Origin: Octopus bimaculoides
Taxonomy: Eukaryota
Direction of reading: 5' to 3'
DNA length: 64,000 bases
Assembly (NCBI RefSeq): GCF_001194135.2
Contig: NC_068983.1
Location: forward strand, 108,585,234-108,649,233
The position numbers and the translations under genes were made by a program. Shown here in pieces: positions 52,646 through 64,000 of the stretch (position 1 is its first letter; each line of letters opens with the position of its first letter). The notes beneath the pieces were generated by a model. The model saw nothing but the letters and a program-made list of their open reading frames with translations, was not told the DNA's origin and made no database searches.

Positions 52646-53499
52646 GTGACTATATCAACAAAATTATTCCAATTTTCTTTTGAATATTTAAATAATCTTC
52701 AGTTAACATCAATGAAAATATGAATTGATATGGCATTTTTTAAAATTTTAGCACTGTCATCTATTTCATTTGGTAAATGGATAGAAAATATTTTGAGAGA
52801 AAATGAAGCAATTATATGAAAAAAGTTTTCTTTTAAACATAAAATTTGATTAGCTAAAAAGTAGGTTATAGCTTAATATTCAAGCACATGTTTAGTAGGA
52901 GGAGTTAGCAACCAATGATTTTTGTCAATCATTCTTGGATATATATAATTTTTAAATTATTAACTAAATTCTATGTCTTTAAAAGACGACCACTTCACTT
53001 TTTGAGAAGGTAATTTAAATTTTTTTTTTCTGGTGAAGCACATGTTTATTTAGAAAAGTCTCTAGAATCTTTTTCCTGTATACATGTACATTTTTGTTTT
53101 TTTTCTTTTTTGTTTTGTATGAAGAACCTGCCTGAAAAATAACACCTTATTTCACTCCAATGATACAATATATACATTTGTTCTTATCTCTTCAAGTGAG
53201 TGTCCTTATCTATATAATTCTTATAATCCTATTATGGTTACTAATATATTTTCTCCAAAGTTGCCTTGAAAAATAAAATCAGGTTTTAAACAATTAAGCT
53301 ATTTAATATAAATCAAGTAGATGTTGATATACAGAATGATGAATGAGAAAGTTTTTAATCAGCTGAAATTTTCCTTGTGGTTAAAGAAAGAACACAAAGA
53401 ATCCTTAATGACTCATAAAGGGGAAAGGAAATATTACCAAACATTTACAATAAATTTAAAGCTAATCATCATCACAATAAGTTTCCCTGTTGGTATAAA

Positions 53500-53720
53500 T
53501 TAGATGGGATGTTATGATCTCATCTACCTTCCATTGAGAGATACAGCTACCAAAGACAGGATACTTGTGTGTGCCATTTGGCTAAATTTCTACAGCTGGA
53601 TGCTCTCCCTAATGTCAATTACTTTACAGAAAGTATTGGGTGCATTTTCTTATGGCACCAACGCTGGGGAGGTTGAACAGTCCTTGGAGTAACAGGACCA
53701 AATGGACCACATAACCTTAC
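53500..53720 (-). mobile_element. Older RTE-tail-bearing element
   Basis: tttctacagctggatgctctccctaatgtcaattactttacaga..gggtgcattttcttatggcacc. Confidence 0.55.
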
Positions 53721-54131
53721 ACTTTCTATGCTCATTGAAACAATCACTTTACAATGTGAACAGTGGATGGGATGGGTATTAATTTTTAATATTATGGTGA
53801 TACAAAATTTTGTAAGACAAATTAAAACAATCCATTTTTAAAATTTATTTTCTGAATGATTTGATCTAAGAAGACATATTGAAAATAAAACAGAAACTGT
53901 TTAGTGTGATATGGGAATATGAACAAAGGAAAAATCACTTTCATTATATAAAAGTAATCAATAAAATATAGACAAGAAAGTAACTATGCAGAAGAAAAAT
54001 CTTTAGATAAGGACAAACCAACCAAAGAATTTATAAACTCATATATACACTTACACACACATTCATACATGTACTCATAGACACTGCAGAAAAAAATTAA
54101 AGAAAGACAAAAACAAAAAATTGTATGTTGG

Positions 54132-54163
<32 letters not shown>

Positions 54164-54569
54164 TAAATTTGTGTGTGTGTTTGTTTGTATGTGCACATGT
54201 GTAAACATACATACATGCATACACATATTAACATACATCCATAGAATCACAATGAAATTCTAATATATACCAAAGAAAAAGTGCAGTAAAAGAAAAACTA
54301 CTACATAGTTAATATCCTGCATGATTTGAAAGAGGAAATAATTTAGACAGAACGCCTATAATGGTTTAAATGTAGAAGTGAGAGATCTGAAACTGGTTGC
54401 TGTGGATCTGTTATCTACTCACCAAAAGCTCAAATAACAATATACAATTGAATATATGATATCTAGTGACTCAGTCCTCACAAAATCAAAATATATTCAT
54501 AGCTATCAAGTTGTCAGCAATGACCATTAGGCTATATGCTGACATAGCATCATAAAAGCTTTTAAGGTG

Positions 54570-54775
54570 ATAAGCTGATAGAATTGTTACCATGTTGGAC
54601 AAATGCTTAGTGGTATTTCATCCATGTTTATGTTCTGAGATTCAAATGCCGCCAGGGCCAACTTTTCCTCTCATTCTTTCGGAGTCAATAAAATAAGTAC
54701 TAGTTGATCATTAGGGTTGATGTAATCGACCTAACCCTCAACTTGCTGGCCTTGTGCTAAAATTTGGAACCAATA
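54570..54775 (+). mobile_element. Deu/Nin-domain-type SINE
   Basis: aaggtgataagctgatagaattgtt...cattctttcggagtcaataaaataagtactagttg. Confidence 0.75.
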
Positions 54776-55080
54776 TGAAACCTTTGAGGTAGATTGACAT
54801 GTTTCAAACATATTACATGATAGTGATCTAGTTACAACAATCTGGAACATGATGGTCTAAACTAATAAAGAGATAAGGAAAATGTCTAAATATAATTATT
54901 GAAGCCAAGCATGAATATCTAAGTACTTTGAATAAAATATTGTCAAGAAGGAAATTGAGAAACTATCAAAAGGGATTGAAATGGAAATAAGTAGGACAAG
55001 GAATAAGAAATTTAAAAAACAGTACCAATAACAGTTAGTAATCTATGTACGTTAAAGAACAAAATGAAAAAAATACATAT

Positions 55081-55693
55081 CAGGACTTATAACTTAGAAA
55101 ATTACTAGTTGTAAATCTCACAACGAGAGATATTCAGCAACAGTACTTTGGAGTAAAGATTGTTTGCCAACATAACATGGCAGTCCTGGTTTATGACGAA
55201 TGTTGCTGTAATTTAGCCCCAGGAAACATCGTTTTCAGCTGGCTATATGACACGATCTGAGTCCTTATATTTTTGAACAAGGAAATTTAGTACCCCACTG
55301 TCAGCTCAAAACAATATCTGTGTATCGCGATTTCTGGGTTATTTCCCTTCATCAGCACAGAATAATTGTTCAGCTAGAGGTGGCACTGCCAAATTCCCGT
55401 TCGAAATATATAGTTTTTCAATGTGACAACTAGTCACTTATCTATAAATTAGAAAATTACTATTTGTAAATCTCACAACCAGAGATATTCAGCAACAGTA
55501 CTTTGGAGTAAAGATTGTTTGCCAACATAACATGGCAGTCCTAGATTCCCTTGTTCAAAAATATAAGGACACAGATCGTGTCATATAGCCAGCTGGAGAC
55601 GATGTCTCCTGGGGCTAAATTACAGCAACATTCGTCCTAAACCAGGACTGCCACTTTATGTTGGCAAACAATCTTTACTCCAGGACTTATAAC
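55081..55693 (-). mobile_element. Retrozyme-like or non-autonomous Penelope-like insertion
   Basis: 13-bp TSD CAGGACTTATAAC (55081-55093 and 55681-55693). Direct repeat 55094-55187 = 55449-55542 (92/94). 55541-55681 is the reverse complement of 55150-55290 (132/141). Internal hammerhead; CpG-rich relative to flanks. Confidence 0.85.
55318..55360 (-). ncRNA. Type I hammerhead ribozyme with intact core
   Basis: Minus strand: CTGTG CTGATGA AGGG AAATAA CCCA GAAA TC GC GA TA CACAG. Stem I is CTGTG/CACAG, extendable via AACAAT/ATTGTT; the core is CUGAUGA...GAAA; stem III is the palindrome ATCGCGAT; the cleavage triplet is AUA. Confidence 0.85.
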
Positions 55694-57654
55694 GTTACAA
55701 ACGGTTTTAAAAATATGTCTCTCCTGACTTAAGGAACTTTTATTTCAACAGTATTATTTACACAACACATACTCCATATAATCATCAGTAAATGTAATAA
55801 TGTGACTCAAAAAGTGCAATCTATCATCTGATAGAATAGCACAACCACACAGTACATAGTCTCACATCCACCCCTACAACAAAATAACATAGCAAACACC
55901 CTTATATAATCATTTGTGAATGTTATAATACATCCCTCATATCAACAATTCACATACGACACATTCTACATGATGCTTAGTTGAAATACTAAATACCAAC
56001 ACAAGACACAACAAAACAATCTCTGGAATAAAGCAAAACATGATTCATGTAAACTCTTTTATAAAAGTGGCATTTTGGTAATCTAATTGATAAATTAGCT
56101 TAGATATATGCAGTGGCAAAGAGACTCAAAAGTAGTGTTGCTGAATAATTTAATAAAATAAGGAAGACTAGATAATAAGAGGGTTTTAAATAATTTTTCA
56201 TGCATCATGTGTTTGATGAATATGAAGTGAGATAATCAGCTGACTTTATTGAAAAGACTTTGTCTTGTGTTCTTGTGTTCTAGCTAATTTTCTGTAATTA
56301 GATGGGGACAACTATGAAGAATTTAGAGTAGCCATTGCTTTGCTCATGAGGTCTAATATGACAACACCATGCATATAGTTGTTATTTAGGCACTAACTTC
56401 CTTGAATGTGAAAACTCATTTTCTGTCAGATTTTTAACTACATGAAATATCTGTTTCCTTTGAGAATAACTAAAAATTGCTATTCAGATTTTGTTTTCCT
56501 TCTCCAACAAATAGGCAAATCTAATTTATCATTTTGTTTTTTTTTGTGAATGCAATCACTATCATATTGAATTACGAAGAAATGTGCATGGTAAAGTAGT
56601 ATTATCCCAGATAGTCGTAAGTTCTGACTGATGATCTAAGTTCATGAAGACAATGCAAGAATTAGATGTGAACGGAAGGAATTGTGGAACAATAAAGAAA
56701 GCAGGTGATATAGGATGAGTTCAGGGGTTTGATTTTCAGCCAGAATTTCAGAAAATAATCATTTCTATGATCATGTGAATTGAATGAAAGCACATACATT
56801 CAATCAGACCGAATCATTTGATAGTCCTGATATTTTCTACTTGGTCCATAGTTTATAACTAAATGAATGAATATTTCTGAATACTCAAGTTTTGTGGTGT
56901 ATGAAGCCAACTTAAAATAGGGAAATATCTAGATTCAAGCTAAGTAATAAAAAATTTTAGCTGAAAAGGTCAGTTTAGTCAACACATAGTTAACTTCATC
57001 AGAATACTTATATTTCTAGAGTCAACAGGAGAGACTGGCAAATTTTCATTTCTAACAGCCTGGGAATAAGTTGCATATTTTTATTCCTGCACACAGACAC
57101 CAGACAAGATGTAATGATATTTGCTATTTTTCTGTTACAGAAGAATTTCACTTCTTTTCTGCTGCTGTTTACAAAGATAAGATAAAATCACTGTGTGATG
57201 TGGTCCTTCAACCATAAACTTTGCCACTATGGCATAAACTGTTCAACTTGAAATGTGCAATAGAAAGGACTATTGGGGCATAAACATTCCATTGCATTTT
57301 ATAAAGCTTAAATTCTTAGTGTAGTATTTTTTCAAAAAGAGAAATAGCTAATAAATTATAAGAAAAACACACAAAAGAAAACATAGATCAAAGAAAAATA
57401 TTATCTTTACAGGGGTAAGAAATATACCACAGACATGAATATCAATAATTGCTGTCAAACCAATGGCTAAAATATTATGATTATATATTTTTTAGAACTA
57501 GTGTTACTTTTATCAGTCATGTGATATAACAGTTAATATTATTAATGTTTCTCATTTTTTTGTTTGGAGAAAATTTCTGTAAGCCTCAAAAGATATAAAA
57601 AGATGAATATACTCTGTTAATTATATTACAAACTGGAGCTACTTTCTAAACAGG

Positions 57655-57710
<56 letters not shown>

Positions 57711-57850
57711 ATGTGTGGATTATATAAATTGATGCACATATATTGTAATATATATATATGTGAGTTATATAAATTGATACATATATATTGTATTATATAT
57801 ATATATACATAATGTATGTGTATATATATATATATATATATACTTATATT
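57655..57850. repeat. (TA)n microsatellite with an imperfect internal duplication of about 45 bp
   Basis: ttatataaattgat.ca.atatattgta occurs twice. Confidence 0.75.
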
Positions 57851-60800
57851 ATAGTTTTATAAATGTGTTAATATTTGCATTATAAATATTATTAAATAGT
57901 ATTTTAGTAGCAAATTTTGTTATAAAGTTTTAACAAAGGATGAAGATGAAAGATTATCAGAAGTTTTCATTGGCTCATGCAGCTATTTATCACATTTAAT
58001 CTTTTGCAATATTCACATTGTTTGTTTTTTTTTTATTTCATTTCACGCTAAATTTCTTTGGCCTTTCACATTTAATAATATAAATCCTGTCTTCAATAAA
58101 CAGTGTTTTTTACTTTATATCTTTAATTCTCGTCATATTTTTACATTTTTCAAATGTTCATTCAAACTAATAATAGTATCCAACATTTATGTTATTAAGC
58201 TTTTTAAATCTTGAAATAATTTTTAAAAACCTTTCTACTTTCAGATTACATAACTGATTTCCTCAATATCCTCTTTTCATTGCTCTTTAATTTTTGATTT
58301 CCACTTGTAATGTCAAATGTGAACCATAAGCAATGATTCATGACACTTTTGATACTTGACCCTTTGCCAACTTATGCTTTTGACATCTTCCATCATCATT
58401 TGTTTTTATTACTTTCAGTTTATCTGATCCTCCACTAAATATATTTTCAGAAAATTTAGCAAAATAATTAGTCATAGCAATGTTTTTCTTCTATGACTCT
58501 CATTCTAATTCACATTTTTGCATTTATGAAGGAGTAAAATCTACAACTATACAAGAAGTAGAATTATTCTGTTATCACAGCATTACTAAAAGAAAAGCTT
58601 GTTTCTATTGCTTAAATTAAAACTCTATATTAGTTACTCTTGCTTAAATAATTGAGATTCATTTAACACTTATTGTTTATATTATTTAGCTCCTACTTAT
58701 ATCAGCTTAAGAATTTCCACATATAATTAACTACTAATTGTTAATCTAACAGAATGTATTAAAACACTTTTTTGATATCTGTTTCTGTTTAATAAAATCA
58801 AGAAATGCATTTATTTAGAAATGTATTTATATATTAAGCTTCTAAATAAAGTCTCTCATATTCTAAGCAAAAGTGAAAGCTTACATCGAAGTAAAAGTCC
58901 ATCAAAGAGAATTCATCTAATATCAAATGAAATATTTTGATAAAGGATTAAAATGTATACAATTTGATAAATAGACTAAACATTATCTTTTATTTGAAAA
59001 AGGCTTTTAAGTAGTATTTAAATGAATCTTTTCACAAAAGACAATATTTAACTTTCTTAAAATAGTATTTATAATTATTATTTCTTTTGATAAAAAAATC
59101 TCTTTAATGTATTTGATAAATATAACAGTTTTGTTAATCATTAAAACTATCACAAGGATCAAAGGAAAACAAAAACTCGTTTTACTCTTATTCTATGTAA
59201 TACACAATTAAGTTTGCTATAGTTTACATATAACAAATAATAATAATTCTTAATGTTTCAAGCTCAGAATTATGTTTTATTTATTCTGCAGAAACGAAAT
59301 AGCTAAATTATAAATATTCAACCCCAAATTCTTGTACTCAGCATTTAAATATTTTTAGTCAGACACAAAATGTATATCAACTTTTATTATTTCTAGCTCT
59401 AGTTATCTGCTAGGAACAGGTGCTATATTTTCCTAGAATTTTACCTATGGAAATATTCTATTTTATGTAGACAGTGTATGATTAATCAGAATTATGTCAA
59501 ACTAATGTTTTATATAAATAGTCTGCATTAAAATGGTTTATCTAAAGTTCTTCACTAAATATCACAAGTTCTTTTTTGTATCTTTATTAGTTTATATTTG
59601 ATTAAGACCTAGAATATGAAAATATATGTCTGAACCTTTTCCATTGTTGTTATCTTACATCTTAAAATTTAGACAAATTTAGCTTTATTCATTAAATCAA
59701 TTTAAAATATTCTCTTTACAATAACCATACCAAAGTCCTTTAGGTTATCATTTTTCATCCTTTCTAACCTCATATCATTACCTCAGCTTATTCAAGCATG
59801 ATTAATCCATGAGATGACATATTGAAGCAACTCACAAATATGGCATCTATCATTAGTTTTAATTAGCAGTAATTTAATTATGATAATTGAATACTGTCTA
59901 AAATGAGCAGTAAAGTTGTAGAAAATTTGCAAACCTTTAGCCTGAAACCCAATAATTTATGAAGTTTTTGAAAGCAATTATTAAAAATAGATGTTTCCAG
60001 AATTCAATGTTAAATAACATCATATTTGTCACAGTAGCCATGGTCCTTCTCATCACCGTAGGCATCATCATCATTATCATCTTCATCAACATTACATACT
60101 ATAATGAATCATGGGTATGACTCTTTCCTAAGGAGCATAACTGTATTTTTATCAGATCAAAACCTGAAATCTGATATCAGATGAAATCCCGAATCTCATT
60201 CTTATAAATTTCTGCCTTCTTCTATTGTTATCATCCAAACTTGAAAATGAATTTAAATTTATTCATTGAATCATATTGAAGATATATTTCTTGAGAAACA
60301 TGTCATGTTGTAAGAGATATTACACTTCACTTAAAACATTGTAATTCACTAGTATTACAAAAAAATTTTAATTAATTAATTAATATTAAATTTTCTATTG
60401 AAATTAACACCTGATCTACTGCTATTAAGTTGTCTATTGCACTGAATATTTTCAGTATTCCTCTGTTGCATGAATAGATTGGAAAACTGTGGTGGAAAGA
60501 TGAGCAGAAAAACACTGAGGCAAAGGGTGAATGGAAAAATTAATTTTAAAACAAATGTGAGCAATTGAAAGAAGATTAAACAATGCTACAAGCTTCTGCT
60601 AAATATGAGGAGTTTTACAATATTTAAAAAAATATGGAGTTCGAAATTACTTCAAAATAATTGTAGTTTCTGTAAGTTACAAATGGAAGGACTAATTAGA
60701 ATAAATAAATATCACTTCATTTGATGCAAACAAAAAGAAAACATTTCGTTTCCTTCCTATCATTTCCCACCTCTTAAAACACACTGGTACTTTGACTTTG

Positions 60801-60989
60801 AATGCACTCAATTGTGTTGTTTTGTGTTGTGTTGTACAATACTGTACTATACTGGACAATAATATACTACATTATATTATATTATATGATAGGAGAATGG
60901 ATGCACTCTGCATCACAAGTTTATCATTCAAGTTTCAATTCTAAGATCACAACATAATTGTAACTTATGTCCCTAATTACAGGTTGGCA

Positions 60990-61265
60990 GCTGTTCTTGA
61001 TTATTATCAACACCAGTCCACATTTGTGGTTGTGAGGGCTTGGAGAATGTCTGGGTGTTTGTTTACATTTGTGCTTCTTACACCAAGTTTCAAGCAGTGG
61101 TAGTTTTCATTTCTTCTGTCTACAAAATTGTGTGTTGTTTTTGTGCCATCAAAGATAAGTAGCATATAAGATTCCTTACTTGCAAAACTAGTAAACGTTA
61201 ATGACAGGAAGGGCATCCAGCTGTATAACAATGACTCAAAAATATATTCATCTAGCATATAAATG
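60990..61265 (+). mobile_element. Decayed SINE-like element ending in the ggaagggcatccagctgta motif
   Basis: The 3' motif is shared with the RTE tail; the upstream part (gtggttgtgagggcttgg..aagcagtggtagtttt) is distinct. Confidence 0.5.
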
Positions 61266-61289
61266 AACATAAAAAGGAATGAACAAATA

Positions 61290-61760
61290 TATACATAATA
61301 TTCAGATAACTACTCCTCTACTAACAATAAAAGCTTCTTTCTTGAACTGAAGTATAGATTGTACAATGCTTGTGTTTGAAGCATGATGCTGCACAGTAAG
61401 AAGGTAAATGGCTCGCAAAAACTGGAAAGAAATGAAGCAACCATGTTCTATTGGATGAATAATGTTAGTGTGCATGAATAATGAAGCACAATTAAGCTGA
61501 GAGTGAAACTGGATATAAGAGATATAAGAGATAGGAAGACAGATTACTGTACTAGTATAGACATGTGATATGTATGGAAAATGTCACTTGTATAAAGGAG
61601 TGCCAACCATTTTAAGTGGATGGAACCTATGAAAGGAGGAAACAGAAGGAAGTGAGAAGTGATGAAAACAGATCTCAAGACATTGAACCTTATGAAGATG
61701 ACAAAGGATTCTCCATCTAACCTTTGTACACATGAAAACAAACAAAAAATGTTCAGATTA
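61290..61760 (+). mobile_element. Decayed RTE 3' coding fragment
   Basis: LERNEATMFYWMNNVSVH..KLDIR is homologous to LARNEASMLRWMCNVSVH..KLDIR at about 44.25 kb. Confidence 0.7.
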
Positions 61761-62724
61761 AAGCTCCCTATAGTCAACTATTATGTCAAAGGCTATCATT
61801 GTCCTCTTCATTGCCTTCTCCTCTGTCACTGAGTCCTTATCATACTCTTTCTCCCATCACTCACTTTGATACTCTTCATTTACTCCTACTTTCATCAACC
61901 TATATCTCTTCTATGGCTTTCTCTTGCCATCCTTTTTATTCCTGACTTTCTTTCGTCCCTTTCTCTTGCATTCTCTGTTATGTGCTTTCTTATATTTTTA
62001 CCCTTGTCTGCTCTTATCACTTTCTCTTACCCTTGCTGCTACTTTCCACATTTTATTTTCACCCTTTTTGTATCTTGTCACTTCTCTGCTAATTCTCTTC
62101 TATCTCTCTTACACTATTTTCATTCTGCTCCCTTCCATCATTTTCCTTTTCTCACTCTTCTAGTTAGCCCTCTATCAATTTCTCATGTTTCCATTACCAA
62201 CTCTTCTATTCCTTAGTTATTTACTATTTGCCCTCTTCTATTACTATTTTCTCTCCCATTTGACATATTAGGCTATCATCCATTATTCTCTCCTCTGCTA
62301 TCCTCTTGTACTTGTGAATCTTGTTCTTTTCTATCACACCCTCTTTTTCCTCACCATGCTACCTCTGTGATAAAAGGCAGTAATGCACGATTGTATGGGT
62401 GATTAGATAAAAATTTCCCTTTCTATACACCCAGATGTTGTGTGGGAATGAAACAAATAAACGAACACAGGGAAGAGAAATGATGATAATTACTCTGGCA
62501 TTGGTGTAATTGAAGGAGAGATGAGAGTAATGGAAGAGAGGCACTAATGTAAGGTGTAATAAAAAGAGACAAATTGTAGGGGGTTGTGGGATAGAGACAC
62601 TTGGCAGTTACATATTTATTAGTTAGAGGGTAGTGTGGCTGTCAACAGTGAGTAATAGGGGAGAGAGAGAGAGTGGTGTTTAGCAACATAGTAAGGTAAA
62701 GACAGAAGGGAGCATGAGAGATGA

Positions 62725-63100
62725 ATCATCATCACCATTGTCTTTTAATGTCCTCCTTCCATGCTGGCATGGACAGGAGCTGGCAAGGAAAGAGCCTGTG
62801 CCATGCTTGTGTCTGTTTTGGCATGGTTTTTATGGTGAGATGCTCTTCCTAACACCGGCCACTCTGCAGAGTGGGATGATTGCTTTGTATGTGGCACTCC
62901 CAAAGGTGAGGTCAGTTCTGGCATGGTTTTTACAGCTGGGTGCCCTTTCAAATACCAACCACTTTACAATGTGATGTGGATGCTTTTTAAGTGACATCTG
63001 CACTAGCAGGGACACCAAGTAACTTTGCAAGACAAAGAATCTGAGAGGGGAGGGGCAAGGGAAGAGGTGAGTAGTTATGGGAATGTGTGATAGCTTGAGC
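62725..63100 (-). mobile_element. RTE-tail-bearing element with duplicated tail motif
   Basis: ggcatggttttta..gatgc.cttc..aa.acc occurs twice (about 62820 and 62920); (CAT)n tail on the left. Confidence 0.65.
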
Positions 63101-63884
63101 ATTATGAAGCTAATCAAGAGTAATCTGTTGGAGCATGAGAGACTGCTGCATCTTTAAATATTTGCAAGGCTTTTAGTTTTTTATGATATTTATGACTTTC
63201 TAAATGGTATTAGCAATATATGTGAAAAGAAATAGTTATGACTTGTAATATGAGAACCTAATAATACATGTACTGGAAATATTGATATGTTTGATTCAAA
63301 CAAACTAATACATGGCTTTTGCAACTTAAAAAAAAAAGTTAAACAAATACCTTAATAGGGGTCTTCAGTTGAAAAGAAGTAAAACCACTTTTCTATCACA
63401 AAAATAGCTTTGTATTAGAAAAGATTCTTGTCATATACTCATTGTACTTTATATTTTTGTAGAAGTGAAATTGCCACAAGGATTTTATTGTTTTTGTATA
63501 GAAGAAGAAGAAGCATGATTAATTTATCTCTATTGGAGTAAAAATATATTATAAGACAAAGACTTTTAAAAAAAAATGTTTTTGCAGAAATGTAAACAAA
63601 TATCATTTTCTCTCATTATATCACATCATTCTGTAAAGCTTTCATCTGTCTTGCAGTTTTGACAAATTTAATACATTATCCATATAAAAAATAATAAAGC
63701 TTATAAAAGTAGATAATTTATGGAATTTAGGTGTATAAACTGGTAAAATTTTGTAAATTAGACAACCAATAATGTGAGAAATTTCTGAAATGAAAAGGAC
63801 ATAAATTAACAACACTGATAAAAATTATGAATTATTATCATCAATTTACACATAAACTAACAATTAAATAATATATTTCATATT

Positions 63885-63944
63885 ACACACACACATATCA
63901 CAGACACACTCACATATGTGTGTTTGTGTGAGTGTGCATGTGAG

Positions 63945-64000
<56 letters not shown>
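63885..64000. repeat. (CA)/(TG)/(TA)n microsatellite at the window end
   Basis: Directly visible. Confidence 0.9.

Noticed and set aside
56304-56352. Possible exon GDNYEEFRVAIALLM
   Set aside because: The donor (gtctaa) is poor, an in-frame stop follows shortly, and there is no homology cue.
60169-60182. 14-bp palindrome atctgatatcagat
   Set aside because: Several are expected by chance in 64 kb of AT-rich DNA.

Overview
This is an AT-rich, microsatellite-dense eukaryotic window with 8 N-gaps. The repeat families (tRNA-headed CORE- and Deu/Nin-type SINEs, RTE LINEs with (GAT)n tails) point to a coleoid cephalopod, probably Octopus; that is an inference. No host protein-coding gene could be supported, and nearly all long ORFs in the track are translated microsatellites, gaps or transposon debris. 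The window looks intronic or intergenic and records layered transposon activity. It holds a 2.15-kb RTE LINE with a PHD-like finger inside its RT, a mariner nested in an older RTE, a FLYWCH-MULE transposase interrupted by a SINE with a 16-bp TSD, a CR1/L2-type relic, hAT/pogo/piggyBac-type MITEs, a 177-bp foldback and a U6 snRNA pseudogene. The most notable feature is a young 587-bp insertion at 55.1-55.7 kb. It has a 13-bp TSD, a 355-nt unit repeated about 1.26 times, a 141-nt inverted segment, and a type I hammerhead ribozyme with all core nucleotides intact on the minus strand, so it is a candidate retrozyme or non-autonomous Penelope-like element. A second, unrelated and decayed hammerhead lies at 32.1 kb. 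All alignments were done by eye. TE boundaries are approximate unless a TSD or TIR is cited.
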